Positions 8,241 to 17,292 of a stretch of DNA of 32,000 nt are shown piece after piece. The stretch covers positions 5,400,001 through 5,432,000 of the forward strand of contig CP104013.1 in NCBI GenBank assembly GCA_025839675.1. Reading direction: 5' to 3'. A program made the position numbers and the translations under genes. Origin of the DNA: Candidatus Lokiarchaeum ossiferum (GTDB lineage: Archaea; Asgardarchaeota; Lokiarchaeia; Sigyniarchaeales; Promethearchaeaceae). Under the pieces are notes generated by a model, which was given only the letters and a program-made list of their open reading frames with translations, was not told the DNA's origin and ran no database searches. The first letter of the stretch is position 1, and each line of letters begins with the position of its first letter.

Positions 8241-9092
8241 ATGGTAGGTTTTGATCAATTTTCAGGTGCCAAGAAATACATTGTAAGTCCTGAATTGAAA
8301 AGTATTGTGAATGTTGCGATTGCGTTAGAGCGTCCTTTGCTTGTCAAAGGGGAACCTGGTACTGGAAAAACATTGCTTGCACATGCGATTGCAGAATCTT
8401 TAGAAAAGAAATTATATATCTGGAATGTGAAGAGTTCTACGAAAGCCATCGATGGGTGTTACATTTATGATACAGTACAACGTCTTAATGATTCTCGCTT
8501 TGGTTCAAATTCGCGTAATGTGGACAGTGTGGAAGATTATATTGTGATGGGAAAATTAGGGCAATCTTTTGAATCTGATGAGCAAGTTGTTTTGCTTATT
8601 GATGAGATTGATAAGGCCGATCCAGAATTTACCAACGATTTATTGCAAGAATTGGATATAATGGAGTTCTATATTCAAGAACTTCAAAAAACAATCAAAG
8701 CAAAACATCGTCCTATCGTAATTATTACTTCGAATAATGAAAAAGAACTTCCTGATGCATTTTTAAGAAGATGTGTGTTTCATTATATTACTTTTCCTAC
8801 TCCAGATCTTATGCGTTCCATAGTACAAGTTCATTATCCTCGAATAAAAGAAATCTTATTGGAAAATTGTCTTTCTCGCTTTTATCTTCTCCGTGAATTG
8901 AATCAATTACGGAAAAAACCAAGTACATCTGAATTGATTGATTGGATTGGGGTGTTAATGAAAGCGGGGCTTACTGAAGATGATGTTCGAGATAAAATTC
9001 CCTTCCTTGGCACATTGATTAAAAAAGAAATTGATTTAAATTATTTACAGAAATACAAACAAGAATTAATCGGATTGGTTAAGGATAATTGA
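8241..9092 (+). CDS. MoxR-family AAA+ ATPase (AAA_5/CoxD-like)
   Basis: 283-aa ORF. Walker A GEPGTGKT, Walker B VVLLIDEIDKA, sensor-1 region IVIITSNN, and LPDAFLRRC as is typical of MoxR-type ATPases. A VWA gene follows 36 nt downstream. Confidence 0.85.
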   Translation: MVGFDQFSGAKKYIVSPELKSIVNVAIALERPLLVKGEPGTGKTLLAHAIAESLEKKLYIWNVKSSTKAIDGCYIYDTVQRLNDSRFGSNSRNVDSVEDYIVMGKLGQSFESDEQVVLLIDEIDKADPEFTNDLLQELDIMEFYIQELQKTIKAKHRPIVIITSNNEKELPDAFLRRCVFHYITFPTPDLMRSIVQVHYPRIKEILLENCLSRFYLLRELNQLRKKPSTSELIDWIGVLMKAGLTEDDVRDKIPFLGTLIKKEIDLNYLQKYKQELIGLVKDN

Positions 9093-9128
9093 AGATATAG
9101 AATTTCATATCGCTGGGAGAGACTATTA

Positions 9129-10310
9129 ATGTTTGTTGAATTCTATTATGTGTTAAGGAATACTAAAATACCTGTGTCCATTACAGAGTTTTTATCCCTG
9201 ATGGATGCTATTTCTAAAAACTTGATCCTTAATAGTACTCAATTTTATTATATCGCACGTAGTTTATTAGTAAAAGATGAAAAATATTATGATCTATTTG
9301 ATGAAACATTCATGTATTATTTCCGAGGAGCAGACATCCCCTTAGCAATTAAAGATGACATATTTAAATGGTTAGAAAAACCAAAATCTTCTTTTTTTGA
9401 TAATCTACAACTTACTCCAGAAGAACGTGAGTTACTTGAAAAATATGACTGGGAAGAATTGAAGAAACAATTTGAAGCCAGGATTCAAGAGCAATTAGAA
9501 GAACATAATGGAGGCAATTATTGGATTGGCACTCGCGGAAAATCTCCATTTGGGTGGGGTGGGCAACATCCTGCTGGAATACGTGTAGGGGGTTGGGGTG
9601 GGATGAAATCTGCAATAAAAATAGCTCAGAAGCGGCAATTTAGGGATTATCGATCAGATCGCATTTTAGATACTCGCCAAATTCAGGTGGCTTTGAGAAA
9701 ATTACGTAGATTAAGTAAAATTGGGGCTCCCGATGAATTAAATCTTGATAAAACTATTGATGAAACATGTCGTCAAGGGGGAGAAATTGAATTTATTTGG
9801 GAGAAACGCAAGAAAAACAATTTGAAATTACTATTACTAATGGATGTGGGGGGGAGTATGGACCCATTCACTTATATGGTGGAACAATTGTTTTCGGCTG
9901 CGAATAAATCAAACCATTTTAAGAAATTCAAACATTTTTATTTTCATAATTGTATCTATAATAATCTCTATGAGAGTGCGGAATTATGGCATGATAAAAA
10001 GATTCCTCTTCCTGAAATTTTTCAAAAATTTGATAAAGATTATAGAGTTGTATTGGTGGGGGATGCTGCAATGGCCCCATATGAATTAATGATGAAATAC
10101 GGAGCGATAGATTATTATCAACAGAACGAAACAGCGGGAATCGAGTGGCTACACCGATTTAAAAAACATTTTTCTCATTCTGTATGGTTAAATCCCGAAG
10201 TGCCGGGTCCATGGATCTCTGAATCCCGTAAAATTATTTCCAAAATTTTTCCTATGTATCAATTAAGTCTTGATGGCTTGGAAGAAGCCATCTCTAAATT
10301 AATTCGTTAA
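9129..10310 (+). CDS. VWA domain protein (CoxE-like), partner of the MoxR ATPase
   Basis: 393-aa ORF. MIDAS-type motif LLLLMDVGGSMD. A Gly/Trp-rich segment (GTRGKSPFGWGGQHPAGIRVGGWGG ... RQFRDYR) is typical of CoxE-like VWA proteins (recalled). The MoxR-VWA gene pairing is conserved. Confidence 0.8.
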   Translation: MFVEFYYVLRNTKIPVSITEFLSLMDAISKNLILNSTQFYYIARSLLVKDEKYYDLFDETFMYYFRGADIPLAIKDDIFKWLEKPKSSFFDNLQLTPEERELLEKYDWEELKKQFEARIQEQLEEHNGGNYWIGTRGKSPFGWGGQHPAGIRVGGWGGMKSAIKIAQKRQFRDYRSDRILDTRQIQVALRKLRRLSKIGAPDELNLDKTIDETCRQGGEIEFIWEKRKKNNLKLLLLMDVGGSMDPFTYMVEQLFSAANKSNHFKKFKHFYFHNCIYNNLYESAELWHDKKIPLPEIFQKFDKDYRVVLVGDAAMAPYELMMKYGAIDYYQQNETAGIEWLHRFKKHFSHSVWLNPEVPGPWISESRKIISKIFPMYQLSLDGLEEAISKLIR

Positions 10311-10332
10311 AACATCTTCAAAAATCGAGAGT

Positions 10333-11118
10333 TTATTCTGTTTCTTTTTTTTCCCATGCAATTAAAGCGGCCCCGAGAGCGCCCGTTAGTTGTGGTTGCG
10401 AAGGAATTTTGATTTTCATGTTTAATTTTTCTTCAAGAGCTTTCTTAACTGCTGAATTGTGGGCAACTCCCCCACAAAAGATTAATGGGGTCTGACAATC
10501 GAGTCTTAAAGCCATATTTCCTACACGTTTTGCAATTGATTGGTGTAACCCTGCTGCAATATCCTCTTTTTTTGCCCCTCTTGCAAATAGACCAATTATT
10601 TCAGATTCCGCGAAAACGGTGCACATTGATGAAATATTTTCGGGATTCTCACTTTTTAATGACAATTCTCCAAATTGTTCTATTGGAACTTGTAAAGCTT
10701 TCGCCATCACTTCCAAAAATCGTCCTGTACCTGCAGCACATTTATCATTCATCTGAAAATCTAAAACATTCTTCGATTTCTTAGATATGATAATAACTTT
10801 TGAATCTTGCCCTCCAATATCGATAATTGTTTTGGCTTTAGGAAAATAATATTGGACTCCTCTCGCATGGGCCGATATTTCAGTGATTTTCTCTTCATTT
10901 AACTTGAGATTTGAATGGCGTCCATATCCTGTAAGCATAATTTTTTGAATTTGATCTTTTTGTAGATTGTTTTTTTGGATAATTTTGTAAAAAATTTTTT
11001 TCCCACTGTCTTGAAAATTATAAGTTGACCTCTCAATCAAAAAATCAACAATCTTACCATTTTTTAGTAAAACAACCTTTGTTGTTAATGAGCCTATATC
11101 AATTCCAATAAAAAACAT
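10333..11118 (-). CDS. BadF/BadG/BcrA/BcrD-type ATPase (2-hydroxyacyl-CoA dehydratase-activator-like)
   Basis: 261-aa ORF. ASKHA-fold N-terminus GIDIGSLTTKVVLL, DIGGQDSKVI, and the two cluster-bridging Cys contexts NDKCAAGTGRFLE and SSMCTVFAESE characteristic of HgdC-type activases. Confidence 0.85.
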   Translation of the reverse strand: MFFIGIDIGSLTTKVVLLKNGKIVDFLIERSTYNFQDSGKKIFYKIIQKNNLQKDQIQKIMLTGYGRHSNLKLNEEKITEISAHARGVQYYFPKAKTIIDIGGQDSKVIIISKKSKNVLDFQMNDKCAAGTGRFLEVMAKALQVPIEQFGELSLKSENPENISSMCTVFAESEIIGLFARGAKKEDIAAGLHQSIAKRVGNMALRLDCQTPLIFCGGVAHNSAVKKALEEKLNMKIKIPSQPQLTGALGAALIAWEKKETE

Positions 11119-11167
11119 ATCAATAACAGTTGTTTTTTAGAAAAAAAAAGGATTTTCTTTCTTTAAT

Positions 11168-12061
11168 TTATCTGTAGAATTCTTTTACAAATTCTTCAAC
11201 TTCTTTGCGACTTTTTTTAAAAGGACCCGGTGTTTCCATTTTCAGAGAAGTCAGAGCAGCCGCGAATTTAGCGGATTCTATTATTGATTTTGACCGTCTT
11301 TCTAAAATATATGATGTGGTACAAGTGTCTCCTCGTCCTGTTCTTCCTTCTAAACTTCGATTTTTAAAAGCAACAGAATGAATTATATCATTAGTAACTA
11401 TTAATAATTCTTGGTTATGTGAAACTATACACTCAGCAACCCCCCATTTAATTAATAATTTTGCTGCATTTATTCGCCCTTCTCGTGTGGAAGTGGAGAT
11501 TCCTGTAATAAATTCGGCTTCTGCAGCGTCTACCTTGAAATAGTATATCTTGGGTAGAGCTTCACGTAAATCTCCCCATATTTGAAATTGCATTTCTCCT
11601 GTTGGCATTACTTTTCGGATTAATCCTTGGGCATCAACGGCCACTTTTCCAATCGATGCTAGTTTTTGGATAAAAGTTAAATTTATCTCACCGGCGATTA
11701 ATCCGTTATAAATTATCAAATTGGTTTTGATTTCAGGAATCTCATGAATGGAAAACGAATCTGCTCTCCCTAAGTTGGTACATTTGCGCTTTTCTTTATC
11801 AATGGTGGAATATTCATTCAGAATAGATGTTGTTTTTTGTGATTCAATCCAATTAATCTTAATATTTTTATCTGGAAATTCAGAGAGTCTCCATTTTTCT
11901 TTTTGGGATGTTTTGGTTAAAATACAAGATTTTGCACCTAATTTATGAGCAGTCCAAGCTGCATGAAGTATTGCTCCCCCAGTTTCAGTTCTTTCAGAAT
12001 CTGGAGTTCGAATTATGTCGATTGACATATGACCGATGCAGAGAATATCGTATGTGATCAT
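11168..12061 (-). CDS. PfkB-family (ribokinase-like) sugar/nucleoside kinase
   Basis: 297-aa ORF. N-terminus DILCIGHMSIDII, a GG dipeptide region (TGGAILHAA), and the C-terminal anion-hole-like motif EGRTGRGDTCTTSYI. Confidence 0.8.
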   Translation of the reverse strand: MITYDILCIGHMSIDIIRTPDSERTETGGAILHAAWTAHKLGAKSCILTKTSQKEKWRLSEFPDKNIKINWIESQKTTSILNEYSTIDKEKRKCTNLGRADSFSIHEIPEIKTNLIIYNGLIAGEINLTFIQKLASIGKVAVDAQGLIRKVMPTGEMQFQIWGDLREALPKIYYFKVDAAEAEFITGISTSTREGRINAAKLLIKWGVAECIVSHNQELLIVTNDIIHSVAFKNRSLEGRTGRGDTCTTSYILERRSKSIIESAKFAAALTSLKMETPGPFKKSRKEVEEFVKEFYR

Positions 12062-12140
12062 TGATTTGCAAAATCTAACAAATTAAATAAATTGTCACCC
12101 AGTGTCTTTTTATATTTTGAAAAATCTATTATCTCTTTAA

Positions 12141-12188
12141 CACACACACTTTTTTAAAAACACACACACACACACTTTTTTTTCTCTT
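12141..12188. repeat. Duplicated (CA)n-oligo(T) microsatellite
   Basis: Seen directly: CACACACAC + T6 at 12141-12155, AAAAA, then (CA)7 C + T-run at 12161-12183. It lies in the intergenic gap between the REC::ArsR stop (12191) and the pfkB start (12061). Confidence 0.85.
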
Positions 12189-12190
12189 TA

Positions 12191-13039
12191 TTATTCCACT
12201 CCAAACCAAGCAGTGAATTTTTGGGTCCATGCCTTCCAGGATGTTAAAAAGGTTTGAAAATTATGTTCCATGAGGGAGTAATAAGTTATTTTTCCATTTT
12301 TTTTTCCCTTAATGAGACCTTTCTGTTCCAATCGGCGGATATGATGATATAATGTGGGTTGGGCTTTTTGCAAAATTATTTCAAGTTCTAAGATGGAATG
12401 TGCTTTCAAGCGAAGACAATCTAAAATCAAAAATCTATCAGTATTACTAAATTCTTCAAGCATTTCCATTAAAAAATTCTCATTTTCTTGAATATCTGGT
12501 GTAGTAGTTAAACTTGAAATAACATTCTCTTCTGAATTTTCTTGATTTTGTGTTTTTGAATTTGAATTTAAATGAGCTTTTTCTAATTCTTTTTTCACAC
12601 TGTTAATTTCCTGCAAGAATAATTTTTCTTTTTCTTGTTCCATTTGTCTTTTATTAAAAACAATATCAATGGTGGTTAAAATTTCATTTTCTTCATATGG
12701 TTTAATAATATAACCATAGGGATTAGCCTTTTTTGCTTCTTTTAGCGTGGTTTTATCGGCATATGCTGTCAAAAAAATAATAGGTATTTTGAAATAAGAT
12801 TGAATTACAACTGCTGCCTCTGTTCCGGTCATATTTCCTTGCAAATTAATGTCCATCAAGACCATATCTGGTTTTTGTTTAGATGCGACATCAATTGCAT
12901 CTAAGCCATTATTAACAATTCCAATTATGGTATATCCTTCAGCTTCTAATATTTCTTTGACATCTTCTGCTGGAATTGGTTCATCTTCAACAATTAATAT
13001 TTTTTGATTCAATCTATTCTTTCCTCCATTAGATTTCAT
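12191..13039 (-). CDS. Response regulator: REC domain fused to C-terminal ArsR-type winged HTH
   Basis: 282-aa ORF. REC motifs: KILIVEDE, phospho-acceptor context [23 protein letters not shown] low-complexity/coiled linker follows. The C-terminus [11 protein letters not shown]...[40 protein letters not shown] is ArsR/SmtB-like. The start overlaps the kinase stop by 11 nt. Confidence 0.85.
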   Translation of the reverse strand: MKSNGGKNRLNQKILIVEDEPIPAEDVKEILEAEGYTIIGIVNNGLDAIDVASKQKPDMVLMDINLQGNMTGTEAAVVIQSYFKIPIIFLTAYADKTTLKEAKKANPYGYIIKPYEENEILTTIDIVFNKRQMEQEKEKLFLQEINSVKKELEKAHLNSNSKTQNQENSEENVISSLTTTPDIQENENFLMEMLEEFSNTDRFLILDCLRLKAHSILELEIILQKAQPTLYHHIRRLEQKGLIKGKKNGKITYYSLMEHNFQTFLTSWKAWTQKFTAWFGVE

Positions 13040-15326
13040 TTACCTTAAATAAAATTTGTACTTTTGTTCCTTTTTCATTTAAAATGTTATAGGTTCCATT
13101 TAATTGGGCTGATAACATCGAAACTAATCTCAAACCCAAAGTTTTGGATGAAGTTAGATCCAAATCTTTCGGAACTCCTATTCCATTATCCATAACAGTA
13201 AGAACTACTTGGTTATTGTGTTTTTTTAATGAAATTTTCAATGTTTTTTTACCAATTCCTTTTGGAAATGCATATTTTAAAGCATTTGAAACTAATTCGT
13301 TAAGAATGAGTGCTAATGGAATCGCATCATTGATATCAATAGAAATTTCATCAATATCAAATATCGTGTGGATTTCAGAAACATTTTTTCGATAAGATCG
13401 AATCAAATTACCGACTAAAGATCGAATATATCGATTATAATTTATTTTCGCATAATTTTCAGTTTGATACAAGATTTCATGGATTAGTGACATTGATTTA
13501 ATTCGATTTTTACTATCTTCAAAAAATTCTTTGATTTTTGAGTCTTTTATATTTCGTGTTTGAAGATTAAATAAACTAATAATAATTTGGAGATTGTTCT
13601 TGACTCTATGATGTATTTCTTTCAATAGAATATCCTTCTCAGAAAGTGATTCTTTAAGTTCTAAGTCTGCCTTGACAGACTTGATTATCATTCCTAATTC
13701 TTCTCCAAGGGAAAGAAGGAACTCCATTTCTGGATTAGAAAATTCAATGGAGCTCTCTTTAATTAATATTAAAATTCCAATCTCTTTATTCATGGATAAA
13801 ATGGGTACAAATGCTATTGCTCCTATTGTTGAATCCAGTTTTAATTGTGGAATGTAAAATTGAATATCATTAATGAAAGTTGGGCAAATATCAACAATTT
13901 CGAATTGATTTTTGCATATTTCTTCTATCAATGTTTTTGACATGTTGGATTGGGCAACTAGTAATCCATCTTTTAAGGCTTCTTCAAAAACAATGATGCC
14001 CCCTGCGTTATAATCCCCTATTAGAAAACTTGACTGCAGTAAGTGCATGAAATAGTCTTCAAGAGTGTTTCCTTCAAATTTCTTTTTATATATTTCATTT
14101 AAAAATTCTAGACGTTTAGAACGAGTTGTTAATACATCTTTTGCTTCCTTTATTTCCGTAATATCTATCATTACTACGGTTTTAGAACGTTTTCCCAATA
14201 GACTAAAATTGGGAGTTATAATAACATGATACCAACGATTATTCCGAGGGTTAAATTTTTCTCCTTCCATTTCCATCTTTTCTTGAAACAATTTTTCGTT
14301 TTGACACCAAGGGCAGCGCTGATCTAAACCATAAATAGCAGTAAAACATTTTGTACCGATAGGATTTGTGTTATGTTTCCGAATTGCTTCAGCGTTAGCG
14401 TACTCCACAATATGATCTTCAGAACAAGTATATATTTCCCCTCCAAAAGTCTCAATTATACGTTTATATTTATGTTCTGTTTGATCCAATACATTTTGTA
14501 GAGATTTTTTCTTAGTTTCATCTGATATAACAAAAACCACATTTTCATAATTGAACATCTTCTTTTCTGAGATCATCCAATTAATTATGAAATAATTGAT
14601 TTTTTTTTCTTTATCCTTAAAAATTAATTTAAATTCTCCCTTCTTGTGATTTTGGATTATATCAAATAGGAAAGGGTATAACTGGACTTGAATCTCATTG
14701 ATTAAACTTTCACTAAATCGCGGGATTAATTGTTTTGGGTGTGTTATATGAAATTTTTGGGCCAATTTTTGGTTAAATTGTAAAATTTTAACCTTCATTA
14801 AAGCCCTTTTGAGTTTTTCAGGTTGGAATGTGAAGAATTTGATAAATTCTGCTTTTGATATCAAGTTAAACTTGGAGAGATATTGATAAGTTTTCTGAAA
14901 ATCCGCAGAAAGAATTTTCATTGGAATATCATCAATATTAATCTGAATTTTTGGGGCATTTTCATTTGATGAAACAACATTAGATGAGTCTTCAATCAAT
15001 TTATTCTCTATCAGATGAAAAATTCTGGCTTTTTCTTTAAATTCAGAAACAATTCTAAAATTAAAATGGATATATTTGTGCTCTTCCTTCCTTTGTAACC
15101 GACATTTGATAAAATCAAGTGGAAAATTGTTTTTCACTTTTTCTAAATTCTTTTTAAAATTCGCTAGATCATTAATATGAATAAAATCAAAGAGTTTTTG
15201 CCCTATAAGATCTTTTTTAGTATATCCTATTTTGCGAAGCAACGCTTTATTGCAGAATTTAATTCTCTTATTGGCATCAATGCTTATGGATGCTTCGATC
15301 AAATTTTCAAAAATTACTTGGTTCAT
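13029..15326 (-). CDS. Sensor histidine kinase, PAS-PAS-GAF-HisKA_2-HATPase_c, cytoplasmic
   Basis: 765-aa ORF. H-box [22 protein letters not shown] (HisKA_2 type), N-box [14 protein letters not shown]1 DNGIGVP, G2 GLRLV. N-terminal PAS-like segments and a GAF-like segment ([30 protein letters not shown]). No obvious TM helices. There is a 4-nt ATGA overlap with the upstream arsR-like gene. Confidence 0.9.
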   Translation of the reverse strand: MNQVIFENLIEASISIDANKRIKFCNKALLRKIGYTKKDLIGQKLFDFIHINDLANFKKNLEKVKNNFPLDFIKCRLQRKEEHKYIHFNFRIVSEFKEKARIFHLIENKLIEDSSNVVSSNENAPKIQINIDDIPMKILSADFQKTYQYLSKFNLISKAEFIKFFTFQPEKLKRALMKVKILQFNQKLAQKFHITHPKQLIPRFSESLINEIQVQLYPFLFDIIQNHKKGEFKLIFKDKEKKINYFIINWMISEKKMFNYENVVFVISDETKKKSLQNVLDQTEHKYKRIIETFGGEIYTCSEDHIVEYANAEAIRKHNTNPIGTKCFTAIYGLDQRCPWCQNEKLFQEKMEMEGEKFNPRNNRWYHVIITPNFSLLGKRSKTVVMIDITEIKEAKDVLTTRSKRLEFLNEIYKKKFEGNTLEDYFMHLLQSSFLIGDYNAGGIIVFEEALKDGLLVAQSNMSKTLIEEICKNQFEIVDICPTFINDIQFYIPQLKLDSTIGAIAFVPILSMNKEIGILILIKESSIEFSNPEMEFLLSLGEELGMIIKSVKADLELKESLSEKDILLKEIHHRVKNNLQIIISLFNLQTRNIKDSKIKEFFEDSKNRIKSMSLIHEILYQTENYAKINYNRYIRSLVGNLIRSYRKNVSEIHTIFDIDEISIDINDAIPLALILNELVSNALKYAFPKGIGKKTLKISLKKHNNQVVLTVMDNGIGVPKDLDLTSSKTLGLRLVSMLSAQLNGTYNILNEKGTKVQILFKVNEI

Positions 15327-15769
15327 GCAGACAATTCACCAAACCAATTTGATGCCTCATCAATCCATTTTGTTAGTATATTTGCCATATCTTCAAATTT
15401 TAGTCGATTTAATGAATAATAAGTATATTTTCCTTTTTTTTCTCCTTGTATTATTCCATCTTGTACCAACATTTTTAATTGATGACTGACTGCAGGTTGT
15501 TTCTTATTCAATTTATCTTGCAAATCACTATTTGATTGTTTTTTTTGCCCCAATAATTCAACCATTTTAAACCTATCAACTTTATTTCCAATACTATTCA
15601 AAAAAGAAACCATGAATTGCTTTTCTTCATTGTGATCAAAATCAGACCTAATTTTTATTAGTTGTTCATAAGCAATTTCCGGATTAGGGTGATTTTCTTG
15701 TCTCAAATCTTTTAATATCTCTTCTTTTGTCCGTAAATTTTTTTTATTTTTAATAGATTTGATATCCAT
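15323..15769 (-). CDS. ArsR-family winged-HTH transcription regulator (first gene of the kinase operon)
   Basis: 148-aa [57 protein letters not shown] is an ArsR/SmtB HTH. The C-terminal W...WFG tail is shared with the REC::ArsR proteins. Confidence 0.8.
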   Translation of the reverse strand: MDIKSIKNKKNLRTKEEILKDLRQENHPNPEIAYEQLIKIRSDFDHNEEKQFMVSFLNSIGNKVDRFKMVELLGQKKQSNSDLQDKLNKKQPAVSHQLKMLVQDGIIQGEKKGKYTYYSLNRLKFEDMANILTKWIDEASNWFGELSA

Positions 15770-15794
15770 TTTTATGATTCCTAAAAATTCGGAT

Positions 15795-15811
15795 TTTTGA
15801 TATATTCAAAA
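15795..15811 (-). promoter_or_regulatory. Candidate TATA box/operator upstream of the arsR-kinase-RR operon
   Basis: TTTTGA-TATAT-TCAAAA has 6-bp inverted arms around a TATAT core and lies 26-42 nt upstream of ATG 15769. That spacing fits an archaeal TATA box for a short-leader or leaderless mRNA. The 12-mer TTTTGATATATT recurs at 15866-15877. Confidence 0.3.
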
Positions 15812-16035
15812 TCTCTACTAATTTTTTTGTTATTCATACTTTAAAACTTAATTCATTTTAAATGGTTTTGATATATTTGAAAAAATTTGATTTTAAAGCA
15901 ATGAATTTTATCTAATTGGTAAAATCTGATAATTGAAGTGACTCGCTAGGATAGGGTTGAAAGGTTACGAATAGAATTTAATGGAATCGAACATTATTTA
16001 TTTTCTAATAGCATGAAAAAATTCAGTTAAAGAAG

Positions 16036-16644
16036 ATGAAGAGCAAAAAATATATTCTGTTAATTTTACTTAGTACTTGTTTGATTTCCACATTAAATTC
16101 ATCGAACGCTCTTCTTTTTGGAATAAATGAAGGGGATGTGCTCATTTATGAAATTAGAGAAGATAAACAGATGAGTTATTGTCGGTATCAAATATTATCT
16201 ATTGATTCCACAAATATTTCTGTAGAAATGAGCATATATGAGTTTAAAACACAAAAATTCATCAATTCTACTAAAGTTATCCAAAATTTAATCTATGACC
16301 AAGCATATCTTGCCACTCTGGATGAAGAAAATATCATTTCAAAAAATTATGGGGGAAAAACCGTAAATTGTGTTGAAATCCAACCGTTAAATGCCTCATA
16401 TGTCCAATTTGTTGATGTATTGACTGGTGTTGTTTGCGAAGAGAAATATAGCGATTTAATTTCACCTGATTTTAAAAAATTAATCAGCTGGGATGATTTG
16501 AACTTAATATCACTTCATGAGTCTTATAAAACCCACTTTTTTTGGGGATATTTCGTTTCTATTGTTGGATTTATTTCACTAATTGGCGTGTTAATAACGG
16601 TATTTTTAATGCGAAAAATGAATGGAAAATTCAATCATGATTGA
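16036..16644 (+). CDS. Secreted, C-terminally membrane-anchored hypothetical protein
   Basis: 202-aa ORF. Signal-peptide-like N-terminus MKSKKYILLILLSTCLISTLNSSNA. C-terminal TM helix FFWGYFVSIVGFISLIGVLITVFLM followed by a basic tail. Confidence 0.55.
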   Translation: MKSKKYILLILLSTCLISTLNSSNALLFGINEGDVLIYEIREDKQMSYCRYQILSIDSTNISVEMSIYEFKTQKFINSTKVIQNLIYDQAYLATLDEENIISKNYGGKTVNCVEIQPLNASYVQFVDVLTGVVCEEKYSDLISPDFKKLISWDDLNLISLHESYKTHFFWGYFVSIVGFISLIGVLITVFLMRKMNGKFNHD

Positions 16645-17197
16645 GATCACAATTATTAGGCATGGGGAAACAACTTGGAATGTTGAAGGAAAAGTTCAAG
16701 GTCAAGCGGATCCACCTTTAACCCAAAATGGTATTAAACAAGCTTTTCAATTAGCTGAAAAATTCCGCGATTCTTTGAAGGAATATTCTATTATATATTC
16801 ATCTGAACGACAAAGAGCGTTAAAAGTTGCCGAAATATTAAAGAATGGCTCTTCTCTCTCTATTAAGATTGATTCTCGATTAAGTTCGCGAAGTTTAGGG
16901 AAATTCTCTGGAATGACATTGGATGAAGTGGAACGTGATTTTCCGATTTTATATAAAAAATGGAGATCAGGTGATGCAACATTTATTCCTCCTAATGGGG
17001 ATTCCACAGCAGATTTAATTAGAAATACACAAAAATTTTTAGCTTCCATAAAAGCTCTCCATAATGATGGAGAGAAAATTATAGTAATTACACATCGTGA
17101 GAATTTAGGCATTTTGCACTACTTAATCACTGGAAAAAAAATGGATGATCCGCTTCGAAATATTAAAAATTGCACGCCTTATGTTTATCAATATTAA
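16622..17197 (+). CDS. Histidine phosphatase family protein (phosphoglycerate-mutase-like)
   Basis: 191-aa ORF. Catalytic RHGETTWN motif at the N-terminus and a second His context VITHRENLG. An alternative start at ATG 16637 (MIEITIIRHGET) would reduce the overlap with the upstream gene. Confidence 0.85.
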   Translation: MENSIMIEITIIRHGETTWNVEGKVQGQADPPLTQNGIKQAFQLAEKFRDSLKEYSIIYSSERQRALKVAEILKNGSSLSIKIDSRLSSRSLGKFSGMTLDEVERDFPILYKKWRSGDATFIPPNGDSTADLIRNTQKFLASIKALHNDGEKIIVITHRENLGILHYLITGKKMDDPLRNIKNCTPYVYQY

Positions 17198-17292
17198 CTT
17201 AAATCAAAAAACAGTAAGGCTTTTTTTAGGTTAGCGCAGACTATAAATAATTAAGAAATTATTGAAGTAAGATATAAAGCGAGTTGAAACAA

